Shown: positions 21,633-31,963, counted from the first letter of the stretch. The stretch is DNA of 64,000 nt from Promethearchaeota archaeon (GCA_016840085.1 JAEOTA010000006.1:19639-83638); one strand, 5' to 3'. Notes: generated by a model not told the origin, from the letters alone. Made by a program: numbers and translations.

Positions 21633-22510
21633 ATATCAGTAATAACAGTAAAAAAGGGGGGAATAAAAATCATGATATTGAATCGAGTTTCTATTATGCT
21701 TTAGGTCATGAAATTCGCAGAGAAATTTTAAAGATAATAGGAGATAATGAGTTTACTTCATTTACTAATTTAAAAAAAGAGCTAAATGTTAGCACGGGAA
21801 CAATTTATCATCATTTAGATACATTATCTGAATTAATTGAACAACGAGAAGATAAAAAATATTGTTTAACAGAATTAGGGATTTACGCTTATAATTCTAT
21901 AAAAGACAATATAGAATCAATTAAAGCGCCAGAGAAGGAATTTAAGTCTCCGATTTTAAGAAAATTAATGTCAGTAACAACTAAAAGATTCATACAATTT
22001 GAAAAGAAAGATAAAATTTTTACGATTTTGATATCAATAGCAATATTAATTCTTGGGACTCTACTTTGTTGGCTGAACGGATTTTTCTCATTTTTATTGT
22101 TTTATCTAGATGTTGATCAGAGTTCATTTGAATCAATTTATCGGCTTTTGATTAGTTTTAGTTTTATTGCAAATTTTTTCCTTCTTTTTATTATAATAGA
22201 GGGTATTTCAAGAATATTTTATAAAAATAAGGAAAATACAGTTTATTTTTTTCAATCTTTTGCAATTATTCAATTTCCGATGTTATTTTACCTTATTTCT
22301 CACTTAATTTTTAAATTCTCAAATTTATTGGATAATAATATATTTAATTTGATAGATAAAATTTTACTGATCATTTTCCAAGTTTGGTCCTTATGGTTAT
22401 TATCATATAGTTTAAGTGTCAAAAAAGGATTGAAAATCGAAACTAGTTTGATTATATCTCTCTTACTTCACTATAGTGGTTTCACAATCATCCTATTTAT
22501 ATTGGTTTAA
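21629..22510 (+). CDS. ArsR-like wHTH regulator fused to a multi-TM domain; probable ATA start (track start 21968 is truncated)
   Basis: Open frame from 21629 encodes ALGHEIRREILKII...SFTNLKKELNVSTGTIYHHLDTL...YCLTELG, then ~5 TMs. Confidence 0.8.
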   Translation: MDISNNSKKGGNKNHDIESSFYYALGHEIRREILKIIGDNEFTSFTNLKKELNVSTGTIYHHLDTLSELIEQREDKKYCLTELGIYAYNSIKDNIESIKAPEKEFKSPILRKLMSVTTKRFIQFEKKDKIFTILISIAILILGTLLCWLNGFFSFLLFYLDVDQSSFESIYRLLISFSFIANFFLLFIIIEGISRIFYKNKENTVYFFQSFAIIQFPMLFYLISHLIFKFSNLLDNNIFNLIDKILLIIFQVWSLWLLSYSLSVKKGLKIETSLIISLLLHYSGFTIILFILV

Positions 22511-23804
22511 GAATTTTAAAGCCCAATTTTGTTAAGGATTGAGTTATTTCTTTATATCTTTTCCTAGATGACTCTAAGTCTCTTGTTTTAGTCGCTATAA
22601 AGCATGAAAAATGATTTGAATCATTTAATGAAATGGGGGGTGTCACAAATTCGGGGACTTCTTTAATTAATTTAGATATTAACCCTTCATATAATCCCTT
22701 ATTAGTTATCAGATCCTTTGAGCTTAATTCAATTCTAGTAAATAATGAAAAATTAAGATATTTAATCTTTATAGACTCTGTAACATTTAGTTTTGAATTT
22801 AGTATCAATTTAACAGGATTTTGATTAATTGTATTTCTTAATCCTATATAAGATGTTGTTAATCTTGGATTAATTTCTATAAAATAAAGTTGGAGATCCT
22901 CTTTTCTTATTAAATCTATGCCAAAATATCCCGTAAATTTTGAAAACTTAGGAAATTTAATAGAATTTTTTAAATTTATATATATGTCTTGGGCATCCTT
23001 TACGGGAGTATGACCTCCAAAATATTCAGATTCATGGTTTGAATTTTTTAAATTTACAGTTTGGGAATTAATACTTAGAATTATCGGGGAATCTATTGAA
23101 GAATTCATTGAAAATTGAGTTCCAATTAAAGAGACACTTAAATCACAACCCTCAACATATTGTTGAAGGATATACTTACGTTTACTATCTAACGTATCCT
23201 TATATTGCTGAAAATAAGCTCTTATTTGCTCTTTATTTTCAAAATAGTATATTGATTCTGCACCTACTCCATCTTCGGGTTTAATTACGATAGGTGTTTT
23301 TAATTTGTAAAATTTTTGAATAATAAAGTCAATATCTAAATTATTCTTTTTAAATGGTATTATATAAGTTTTAGGAGTAACAATCTTATTAACTTTAAAA
23401 AAATCGTAGGTTTTTATCTTTGATGTTCCTAATTTAATTCCTTCTAAATTAGTACTTAAAAGTATTTTTTCATGATTTATTATGATTTTTGAAAGGTTAT
23501 AAAGTATGTTTGAAGATTCAGGAGCAATGATAAAAACATATTTGCTATCTTTAACAAGGTTTTTGAATTTTCGAAGAAAATTCTCTTTACTATCAATTCT
23601 TTTAATGATATCTGCTTGTAAATATTTTGATAAGAAGAAAATCCGATAATCTAAAATTGTGCTTATTTCAAAATCTAACCTTTTAAAATCAGTTATAATA
23701 GATTTTAACATCCCAAAACCTTCACAAAAAAGTGAAGTTGGGATATTAATTTGATTAAATCCTCCCCCAGAAACATATTCAAAAATAAATAATTTATTCT
23801 TCAT
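22497..23804 (-). CDS. ATP-grasp protein, MfnD (tyramine-glutamate ligase)-like
   Basis: FEYVSGGG, EGFGML, IIAPE, KPEDGVG and IEINPRLTTSY motifs. Confidence 0.75.
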   Translation of the reverse strand: MKNKLFIFEYVSGGGFNQINIPTSLFCEGFGMLKSIITDFKRLDFEISTILDYRIFFLSKYLQADIIKRIDSKENFLRKFKNLVKDSKYVFIIAPESSNILYNLSKIIINHEKILLSTNLEGIKLGTSKIKTYDFFKVNKIVTPKTYIIPFKKNNLDIDFIIQKFYKLKTPIVIKPEDGVGAESIYYFENKEQIRAYFQQYKDTLDSKRKYILQQYVEGCDLSVSLIGTQFSMNSSIDSPIILSINSQTVNLKNSNHESEYFGGHTPVKDAQDIYINLKNSIKFPKFSKFTGYFGIDLIRKEDLQLYFIEINPRLTTSYIGLRNTINQNPVKLILNSKLNVTESIKIKYLNFSLFTRIELSSKDLITNKGLYEGLISKLIKEVPEFVTPPISLNDSNHFSCFIATKTRDLESSRKRYKEITQSLTKLGFKILKPI

Positions 23805-23941
23805 TAATTTAGAATTAAAAATTAGTTTTCAGAGTTTTATAGATCACCCCGTCATTAAAATGTTTTTATAGATTAGTTTTAAAATGATGAAGAAATAATT
23901 TTAAATAACGTTAATTTAACAAAAAACTTTAAAATTTGATT

Positions 23942-25177
23942 ATGTCTCCTTTTTATCAAGAAGAAGTCATGCAACGTATTCGATACTTGCACTTCAATAT
24001 AAAGAAGTTAGAAGATGCTTTAGAAAAAGAAGATGAACATTTTAGTTTAGATGATCTAAATCTTATTTTCGAATATACTAAAGTCTTAAATGTAAATTAT
24101 CAAAATGAAAATCATAGTGCGATTTTGAAAGATTTGGATATTACACCAACTTTTCAAGATCCGGTGGCTAACAGAGAGATTGAGATTCATGATATAATGT
24201 TTGAATGTGCTAGAGTTTTATGGGTTATGGCTAAGGCATATTCACAACTTTCTGAAAAATATGAGGAAGAAGAAGAATGGGAAAATGCTATAATTTCTAT
24301 GACAGAGTGTAGTAAGATCTATAAGACAGCAGCATATTTTAGCGCTGCTGTTGTCCACCAAAAAGATAAAGGAATTATTCTTGATTCTGAGAATCTTGAG
24401 TTAAATTCAGAGGAATCACGAGTTCTTGCTCAAAGTATCGCAGCATTAAAAGAAGAAAATGAGAATAATATTTACTTTTCATCCAAATTATATGCGGGTC
24501 TCAGTTTATTATCAAAAAGACTATTTTATTTAAGAAAGCATGAGGAAAAGAAAAAACAACAGATAAGAGCCCAATTTCATTATGATATGGGAAAAGCATG
24601 CAATCTTAAAGCTCATGCTTCTTTAGAATCTTCAATAACAAATATAAATAAAGAAAAAGTAAAAAAATTACAGCAAAAAGCTTTATGGTATTATTTAAAA
24701 GCAAAAAACATTTGGGATGATATGGTTGAAAATCTTTCACTCTCTAGTGAAGAAAAGGAAAATATAGAGTTAAACTTATCTATAGTGGAAGAAAATCTTA
24801 AGGAAAGTGATATAGAACAACTAAATTATGAAGAAATAAAAAAAATTCAAGATCCCGAACCTATAATTATTATTCCAGAAAATTTAGCCCCATTTGTGCC
24901 AAAAAATATAATTTATTTGACCAAATTTGTGCCAAGAGATGTAAATATCAAAAGATTTAAGACATACCAGAAGAAAAAATTAGAAGAAAAAATACCCTAT
25001 AGTAAAAAAGAAAAATTAATCGATAAAAAAGCGGGAGTTGTAAGAACTATAAATGAATTGAAAGTTTTAAGGGGAAGTAACGAAATTGATGTCGATAAAT
25101 TTGCCGAACTTATGGAAAAGTATTCAACTAAACTTAAGATGATTGATTCCGCTATAGAGAAATTAGCAAAAAGATAA
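23942..25177 (+). CDS. Probable BRO1-like domain protein
   Basis: PTFQD...IMFECARVLWVMAKAYSQLS, KTAAYF, LAQ, SKL and AQFHY in the order expected for BRO1 motifs; ATG 23942 chosen over TTG 23936. Confidence 0.6.
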   Translation: MSPFYQEEVMQRIRYLHFNIKKLEDALEKEDEHFSLDDLNLIFEYTKVLNVNYQNENHSAILKDLDITPTFQDPVANREIEIHDIMFECARVLWVMAKAYSQLSEKYEEEEEWENAIISMTECSKIYKTAAYFSAAVVHQKDKGIILDSENLELNSEESRVLAQSIAALKEENENNIYFSSKLYAGLSLLSKRLFYLRKHEEKKKQQIRAQFHYDMGKACNLKAHASLESSITNINKEKVKKLQQKALWYYLKAKNIWDDMVENLSLSSEEKENIELNLSIVEENLKESDIEQLNYEEIKKIQDPEPIIIIPENLAPFVPKNIIYLTKFVPRDVNIKRFKTYQKKKLEEKIPYSKKEKLIDKKAGVVRTINELKVLRGSNEIDVDKFAELMEKYSTKLKMIDSAIEKLAKR

Positions 25178-25201
25178 ATCTTTAAAATAAGTTTATTTTG
25201 G

Positions 25202-25720
25202 TTAAAAACGTTCTCCAGGTAAAGGTTTTTTCTCTTTTTCCAGATATTTTTTGCGATTTTCCTCTAATTCAAAATCTCTTTGAGATTCTTCTTGGAATAC
25301 AATATCATAAACTTCTTTTATCACAACACAGATTAGTAAAGCTTCCATAAAACTGATTAGAACTACCATTAGCAGCTCTAAATTATGCAAATTTTTGAAA
25401 AATAGTGTCGTAAACATAAAAAAATGAGGGATATATAAGAGCGTGACTATTCCAATATTTTTACCAAATTTAATAATATGTTTATTTTCTAGTTTGAAAA
25501 TTTTTTCTATTTTTACTACTTGCCATAAATAGTATATACAAAATAAGAGATTTATAGCGCACAAGATTATAATAAGATCTCTTTCTGCAGTCTCTAAGGC
25601 AATATAAGGTTGCAATAAATAGGATCCTATCATAAAAGTGATTGAGAAAAAAGCTAAAATTAATACTAAAGATAATAATCCATCATGGAAATCTTTATAA
25701 TCTAAAGTATTCTCACCAAT
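25202..25720 (-). CDS. Membrane protein; probable ATT start at 25720 (track start 25633)
   Basis: Frame open upstream of 25633, completing a TM helix (GLLSLVLILAFFSITFMIG). Confidence 0.55.
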   Translation of the reverse strand: MGENTLDYKDFHDGLLSLVLILAFFSITFMIGSYLLQPYIALETAERDLIIILCAINLLFCIYYLWQVVKIEKIFKLENKHIIKFGKNIGIVTLLYIPHFFMFTTLFFKNLHNLELLMVVLISFMEALLICVVIKEVYDIVFQEESQRDFELEENRKKYLEKEKKPLPGERF

Positions 25721-25870
25721 ATATTTTTTTTTTAATCAGCCTATTCTAAATATAATTTAATTTTAAATTAATATTTAAAGCAATTTTACAGTATTTATTG
25801 AAAAGTAAATTGAAATTTTATTAAAGAAAAAAATTAACAATATATTATCATAATCAAATTAGAAAAATGA

Positions 25871-27592
25871 TTGTTATTTATGAGTGTTTTAACTGAAGAA
25901 GAAATTGAAAAACTGAAAGAAACTCATCCAATCAAACGAATCTTTAGAATTATATTTCTTATTATCGGAAGTATTATTATACTTTTAGGGATATTATTGT
26001 TTTTATTTCAGTTTGATTTTGGAATAACTATTGATGACATTAATATCTCATTTCTAATTGATATAGCAATTATAGTTTTAGGGATGATTATAGCTTCAAA
26101 ATTCTTTATTGCTCCATATTACCTTCGTGAAAATTCTTTGACTATAAAGACTATTCATGATTTAAGGGAGCCAGTTAAGACCTATATTAAATTTTTCTCG
26201 CTTAATATTACACGATTTATAGCTGCTTTACTTTTAACTTTTGCAGGAATCATTTCATTAATTTTTTTTGGATTAGATATAGGACATGAGGTAAAGTATG
26301 GTAGTGCTGTTGTGCTTGGTGGTCCTTCCTGGTTTTATGTAACTGGACTACCTGCATTAGGAATTGGTTTTTCTTTATTACTATACTTCTTTTTAAGTCC
26401 ATTTAAAGGTACTTTTTCGCAATCTGAGAATTTCTTTTTCTTTTATGAAATAAGACCTGGATTTTGTTGGTTGACAGATATTCCGAAGAAAGACATTGAA
26501 GCTGTAAGATATCAAAACAATCATCTTGGTCCAAAACTAAGCTGGATAATGCTCCTATTGCCTTTTATTGTAATGCAGCTAATGACTGCTATCCCTCTTT
26601 TTTTTGCTGAAAGAGCTGGTCCTGAATATGTTTTATCGTGGATTTTTGTGATAATTACTATTTTAGAAATCGTGGCTTTAGCATTTCTTGTTTTAATACC
26701 CCAAAACTATTTTGAAATTGCAACCAGAACTCATTTATATGAAATGTGGTTTTCTCCGTTCAAAATAAAAAATCGATCAGAACTGAGAAAAAAAATAAGT
26801 AATTTCTTAGGATGTGAAATTGACAGAGATAGAGAAAAGAATTCAAAAAGTGTTATAAGTGAATTACAAAAACCATTTTCAGAAGTAAGTGATTCTCATT
26901 TTCATTTATTTGATTTAGTTTTTGGGTTTTTTTTAATAACTTTTGCTATTATTATGTTATCTCAAATGATTCTATTTGGACCATTATTCTGGTGGGTTGC
27001 TTTGATGTATGGCTTTATTCTTCTTGTTAAAGCTTTTTGTTATGATTTTAGTCAAGCAGGGGGAGATATTTTTTCTTATAATAAGGAGAATAAGTTATTT
27101 AAGTTTAGAAGGAAATTTAGCTATAAGTTTCATTATGTTTGTGCCAATAATGTAGAATCTATAGATGTAAGAAAATGGTTTAGGAAACTCGATTTTTTTG
27201 ACGTTTTTGGGCTAGGAGGAATGTTAATAATGTTAACTATCCAACAAATAGAAGGATGGGCACTTGCAGATACTAATTCTTTGATTAATGATAATATCAA
27301 TAGTACATTCTTCATGATAATTGTGTTTGTTTTTGCGATTTTGTATGTATGTCTTCCTATTGATGTAGTAGAATTTAGAACCCCATCAATAACTTATAGA
27401 ATTCGCATATCCTTAAAACCAAGATACCAGAATGCATTAAAAAGATATTATGTAAGCTGTAAAAATTCTATCAGAGAATTATTAAAAGATGATATGAAAT
27501 GGATTTTTATATTAAGAATTAGTATAATTAGCATGATAATAATTGGCTCAGCATCATATTCGATTTATAATATATTATCTTATTTTACTTAA
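25871..27592 (+). CDS. Polytopic membrane protein with two internal repeats (bPH-like soluble segments)
   Basis: Many TMs; repeated pattern IEAVRYQ/VESIDVR and YFEIATRT/VVEFRTPS. Confidence 0.6.
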   Translation: MLFMSVLTEEEIEKLKETHPIKRIFRIIFLIIGSIIILLGILLFLFQFDFGITIDDINISFLIDIAIIVLGMIIASKFFIAPYYLRENSLTIKTIHDLREPVKTYIKFFSLNITRFIAALLLTFAGIISLIFFGLDIGHEVKYGSAVVLGGPSWFYVTGLPALGIGFSLLLYFFLSPFKGTFSQSENFFFFYEIRPGFCWLTDIPKKDIEAVRYQNNHLGPKLSWIMLLLPFIVMQLMTAIPLFFAERAGPEYVLSWIFVIITILEIVALAFLVLIPQNYFEIATRTHLYEMWFSPFKIKNRSELRKKISNFLGCEIDRDREKNSKSVISELQKPFSEVSDSHFHLFDLVFGFFLITFAIIMLSQMILFGPLFWWVALMYGFILLVKAFCYDFSQAGGDIFSYNKENKLFKFRRKFSYKFHYVCANNVESIDVRKWFRKLDFFDVFGLGGMLIMLTIQQIEGWALADTNSLINDNINSTFFMIIVFVFAILYVCLPIDVVEFRTPSITYRIRISLKPRYQNALKRYYVSCKNSIRELLKDDMKWIFILRISIISMIIIGSASYSIYNILSYFT

Positions 27593-27656
27593 TATGTGCT
27601 TTTTTTCTATTTAAACTATAGTTGTAATTTTTATTTCAAGGTATCTTTTTAAATTT

Positions 27657-27920
27657 ATGTCTGAACAAATTTCAATACTATTATACATTAAGAATATGCT
27701 GGCAGATTTGATTTATCTCAATGGAATTATTGCTACAGAGTTAATGAAAGTAACAGAAAATACCGTCACTATTCGCCGTGGTGAAGAATTTTTAGAGAAA
27801 ACAAGTTGTCCATCTGAACATCATGAATTAAATCGAAAAATCATTGAAATTGTAAAAAAGTATCAAAAAAAGCCAGAAGATGTAGTTGGATTGGAAACCC
27901 ATGTCTTAAAACATCTATAA
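27657..27920 (+). CDS. Hypothetical protein
   Basis: 87-aa ORF, first of a + strand run. Confidence 0.65.
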   Translation: MSEQISILLYIKNMLADLIYLNGIIATELMKVTENTVTIRRGEEFLEKTSCPSEHHELNRKIIEIVKKYQKKPEDVVGLETHVLKHL

Positions 27921-27942
27921 TGAACAAATTGGTTGCTTTAAT

Positions 27943-28380
27943 ATGGCTGATGAATTTAATGTCTTTATAGATCGGCTTCAGAAGAAAATTATAAAAGAAG
28001 ATATTAAGAAGCACAATGAGATAATTGTTAAGTTATTTCACAATCCAAAAAATTGGGGAAAACCTTCAAAAGAAGAAATAATTATTTCTGACGAACGAAG
28101 AGGAGGACCAAAAGAGTATTTTTTAGGATTTTATTTGAAAATAGAGGAAGATATAATTACTAAAGCTAATTTTGTAACAGATGGATGTAGTGTAATGATT
28201 GCTACTGCAAGTCAAACTACAATTCTAATTGAAGGTAAATCTTTACTGTTTGCTAAAAATCTGAAGCCCGAGGATATTGACAAAGCGTTAAATGGATTAC
28301 CAGAAGATGAAAAACATTGTGCTGATTTTGTAATTGAAACTCTAAGAGATATAATTGAAAAATATAAACAAAATCAATAA
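27943..28380 (+). CDS. IscU/NifU-N-like scaffold protein lacking the first Cys
   Basis: NPKNWG, DGC and LPEDEKHCA motifs. Confidence 0.8.
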   Translation: MADEFNVFIDRLQKKIIKEDIKKHNEIIVKLFHNPKNWGKPSKEEIIISDERRGGPKEYFLGFYLKIEEDIITKANFVTDGCSVMIATASQTTILIEGKSLLFAKNLKPEDIDKALNGLPEDEKHCADFVIETLRDIIEKYKQNQ

Positions 28381-28392
28381 TTTAAATCCATA

Positions 28393-29133
28393 ATGACTGA
28401 TCTAATAACTGAAAATATTGATATTCCAGTTAAATTTGATAACATTAATCTAAAAAGTTCAATTTATTTTACATCAAATACGCCTCCTAAAGCTCCTTTT
28501 ATTGTTAATTTAGCTGGTTTTATGAATCATAGGGAGAATTATCTCGTTAAATTCTTTTCTGAGAGATTTGCAAATGCAGGATATTATGTTTTAGCATATG
28601 ATTATCGTGGCCATGGAGAAACACAAAAACAAACCGGTCCTAGATGGGATCGAATGATAACACAAATTTTTTCAGATATTCATATTGTTCTTAAATGGAT
28701 AGTAGAAAATCAAACAAAGAGGCTTTTAGAAGATAAAATTGCATTGTTTGGAAGGAGTTTAGGGGGTGCGATTATATTATCTCATGGGTATAGAGATAAA
28801 AAAGCAAAAATTTTAATTGCACTGAGTACACGCTATGATTACGAAACAATAAGGGGAAGATATAAAGAAGTTGAAGAGGAAGAAGGAGAAGGGATTATCA
28901 GTAAAATTAGTCCTAAATATTTCTTAAAAAAGGATCCAATGAATAATCAAAGAATTTTAATTGCACATTGTAAAGACGATGATCGCGTTCCTTTTGAAAA
29001 TTTACGTCATATAAAAGAACATCTTGGATTAGATGATGAAAACGTCATTGAGTTTGATACTGGAGGGCATACATTTTCAGGGCATAGAGAAGACATTTTT
29101 AAATACTCTCTTAAATTTTTAAAAAAGTTGTAA
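28393..29133 (+). CDS. Alpha/beta hydrolase
   Basis: DYRGHGE, GRSLG nucleophile, DDRVP and GGH. Confidence 0.9.
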   Translation: MTDLITENIDIPVKFDNINLKSSIYFTSNTPPKAPFIVNLAGFMNHRENYLVKFFSERFANAGYYVLAYDYRGHGETQKQTGPRWDRMITQIFSDIHIVLKWIVENQTKRLLEDKIALFGRSLGGAIILSHGYRDKKAKILIALSTRYDYETIRGRYKEVEEEEGEGIISKISPKYFLKKDPMNNQRILIAHCKDDDRVPFENLRHIKEHLGLDDENVIEFDTGGHTFSGHREDIFKYSLKFLKKL

Positions 29134-29186
29134 AGAAGGAAATAAAGAAAAATTAAGATGCATTAATAAATATTGGAGGAATCATT

Positions 29187-30089
29187 ATGGAAAAAATTCT
29201 TATAGTAGGTCCTGCTTCACAAATTCTAGGGGTTAAAATTGCCCAAGAATTAAGTATTGAAGCTATAAATACTGAAATCAAAAAATTCCCAGACGGTGAA
29301 AATTATTTAAGAATAAATCTTGAAGATGAAACCATAATAGCAGATAAGAAAGTTATAATCATACAATCTACAGGTCCTAGTTCAAGTGGAAATCAAAATA
29401 GTCGATTGATGGAACTTTTTATGATAATTGACTCTGTTAAGCGTATGGGAGCTGCTAAGATAGTTATTGTTGTTCCTTATCTTGCCTATGCACGTCAAGA
29501 TAAAATTTTCAGACCTGGAGAAAGTCAATTTGCTAATGTGATTTTCCGTATTCTAAATTCATTTGGGTTGGATGAATTGTATACAGTAGATATTCATGCT
29601 CCTGAAATTATGGATGAATGTGCATGTAAAGCAGTTAACATCGATTCAATGAAGCTTTTAGCAGATTATATTAAATCTAAAGGAGCGAAAGATATCGTTG
29701 TTGTATCTCCCGATAAAGGAGCTACAGACCGTTCAAAAACTTTTGCTAATCATTTTGGAGAAAATATTCCCATTGAAATTTTTGATAAGGAGAGAGACGT
29801 TAAAACAGGTGAAATACAAATGTCTGGAGCTTTGAATTTAAAAGGAAAAGATGTTGTTATTTCAGATGACATTATTGCCACAGGAGGTACGATGGCTACA
29901 GCAATAAAACTAGCGAAAGAGAGTGGAGCTAATAAGATATTTGCCGTCGCAACACATGCATTATTATTAGGGCAAGCAAAATTTCGAATTTTAAAAGCAG
30001 GGGCTGACGAGATAATAGGAACAGATTCAATTGACAATGAAGTGTGTCAAGTTTCTCTAGCGAAAATTATCGCAGATTACCTAAAATAA
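29187..30089 (+). CDS. prs: Ribose-phosphate pyrophosphokinase
   Basis: FPDGE, YLAYARQDK, VSPDKG and DDIIATGGT motifs. Confidence 0.95.
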   Translation: MEKILIVGPASQILGVKIAQELSIEAINTEIKKFPDGENYLRINLEDETIIADKKVIIIQSTGPSSSGNQNSRLMELFMIIDSVKRMGAAKIVIVVPYLAYARQDKIFRPGESQFANVIFRILNSFGLDELYTVDIHAPEIMDECACKAVNIDSMKLLADYIKSKGAKDIVVVSPDKGATDRSKTFANHFGENIPIEIFDKERDVKTGEIQMSGALNLKGKDVVISDDIIATGGTMATAIKLAKESGANKIFAVATHALLLGQAKFRILKAGADEIIGTDSIDNEVCQVSLAKIIADYLK

Positions 30090-30103
30090 GAGCTTTTTAA
30101 ATA

Positions 30104-30688
30104 TTAATAGTTATTAATGATATCTATGACCACGTCTCTTGTTTTTTTCTTTAAATCCTCAATAGTAGTAGTATTATAGATTATATAATCAGCGTTTTCT
30201 AAGACTTTATCAAGTCCAAATTCAATTTCTCTTTTATCTCTCTCTTGTAAGTCTTTTATACTCTTAGGATCATCACCGCGAGTTCTTTCAAAAAGCCGTT
30301 TAATTCTTTTTTCCTCATCAACTATAATAGCTATAATTGGAAATTTCCAAAACTTTCTAAATATATTAATTTCAGAAAGAGATCTAACCCCATCAACAAA
30401 GATTACTTCTTCTTTTCTATTTTTTATTAAATCTACACATTTTTCAGCAATTATTGCGGAACCCCCTTCCTCACGCAATTCTTTAGCAATCTTACCTATG
30501 TTATTTCCAGAAGGTTCTAAATTCCTTTTTTTTGCTTCATTTCGAACAACATCACCCATTGTTACAACAACCCCTAAATCCTCTATAGCCTCTATTGCTG
30601 TTGTTTTACCCGAACCCGGAAGTCCACAAATTGACAATACCTTTCGGATTTCCTCACTACGCTTCAGTTTCCTCCCTTCCCTTTGCAT
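30104..30688 (-). CDS. Archaeal P-loop NMP/dephospho-CoA kinase-like protein (UPF0200)
   Basis: GLPGSGKT, MGDVVR, DGVR and RDKRE motifs. Confidence 0.8.
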   Translation of the reverse strand: MQREGRKLKRSEEIRKVLSICGLPGSGKTTAIEAIEDLGVVVTMGDVVRNEAKKRNLEPSGNNIGKIAKELREEGGSAIIAEKCVDLIKNRKEEVIFVDGVRSLSEINIFRKFWKFPIIAIIVDEEKRIKRLFERTRGDDPKSIKDLQERDKREIEFGLDKVLENADYIIYNTTTIEDLKKKTRDVVIDIINNY

Positions 30689-30835
30689 TTTATTACTTTT
30701 ATGATTTATTTCTATTACTTTTACTTACAAATTTTACTAATATAATTTAAATATTTAGGATTTGTTTAAATTGCATATAGAATAAGAAATAAAGTTTTCA
30801 AAATATAATATCAAGGAGCATCAAATTCACATAAA

Positions 30836-31963
30836 ATGAGGAAAAGTAAAAGAGTAAGTCCGTTCAAATCACCAGTTCTACTCACACTAAAAGCTTATAG
30901 AAGAATTGTAGGTTATGCTATTAGATATGCTAATAATAATTTAAGTCCCGGTAAATGGCGTGAAGTATATGGAATTTTAGTTGGTTCAATAGAAAATAAT
31001 TTAGAAGTAATCGTAAAAGATGCGATTCCTATGGTTGTTGGGGATAGAGCTGGTGTCAAATATGAAAATAAACAATATGTGGACATGGCTCAAATTGATG
31101 CTTCAGTTTTTGAAAGATCAATTCAGGATAAGAGAAATGATTTTATAATTGGTTGGTGGCATACACATCCCGGATTCGGATTTTTTTATTCACCTATAGA
31201 TCATTTAACTCATTTAGGTTATCAAATCCCAAATCCTTTTGCAATAGGTTTAATTTTTGATCATTGTGAAAAAGGATCTAATGAACATTTTTTAGGAATA
31301 GCAGGTTTAAGACTTAAAGACCCCGACTTAGGATTAAGTTCTACTTATAACCTCATAGAAATGAAATTTGAATTTGACAAAGAAACAATGGTAAAAAAAG
31401 CTGATAATGTTATTAAGAAAGTGAACAAAGATATGGATATAGTATTAAGAGAAATCAAATATATAGATGAAGTACTAAGAAAAAAGGCATTAGCTCAGCT
31501 TCAGAGAAATTATGGATTAATTCTTGTTTCAAAAAAAGATATTGTAGTGACTGATAATGAAGAAGAAGCTGAAGAGGATGAACGTTATTTATATGAGTGG
31601 GATCCTGATTTCTATAAAAAAACATTTAGAATTCCTAAATTTAGAGAAAAAATTGAAAAATCTATATCAACTGCATATGATGAATTAGATAAATTATTTG
31701 AAGAGAAAAAAACAGAAGAATATGAGTTAAAGAAACAGAAATTATCAAAGAAATTACAAAATTCGTTAAAGAAACCTAATGAATGGTATGATAAGCTTAC
31801 GGAAGATTTTTCTAAGAGAATAGAAATTATATCTCCTTATTTCAATTATTTAGACACAAATGAAAGAAAAATAATTGAATATTTTGAACAGAGAAGTTCT
31901 GAATATTATAAAATCTTGGATGTTATAAATCAACGAGCTGAATTAAATCTAGAAGATTTTTAA
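30836..31963 (+). CDS. JAMM/MPN+ metalloprotease with helical C-terminal extension
   Basis: EVYGIL...GWWHTHPGFGFFYSPID. Confidence 0.88.
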   Translation: MRKSKRVSPFKSPVLLTLKAYRRIVGYAIRYANNNLSPGKWREVYGILVGSIENNLEVIVKDAIPMVVGDRAGVKYENKQYVDMAQIDASVFERSIQDKRNDFIIGWWHTHPGFGFFYSPIDHLTHLGYQIPNPFAIGLIFDHCEKGSNEHFLGIAGLRLKDPDLGLSSTYNLIEMKFEFDKETMVKKADNVIKKVNKDMDIVLREIKYIDEVLRKKALAQLQRNYGLILVSKKDIVVTDNEEEAEEDERYLYEWDPDFYKKTFRIPKFREKIEKSISTAYDELDKLFEEKKTEEYELKKQKLSKKLQNSLKKPNEWYDKLTEDFSKRIEIISPYFNYLDTNERKIIEYFEQRSSEYYKILDVINQRAELNLEDF

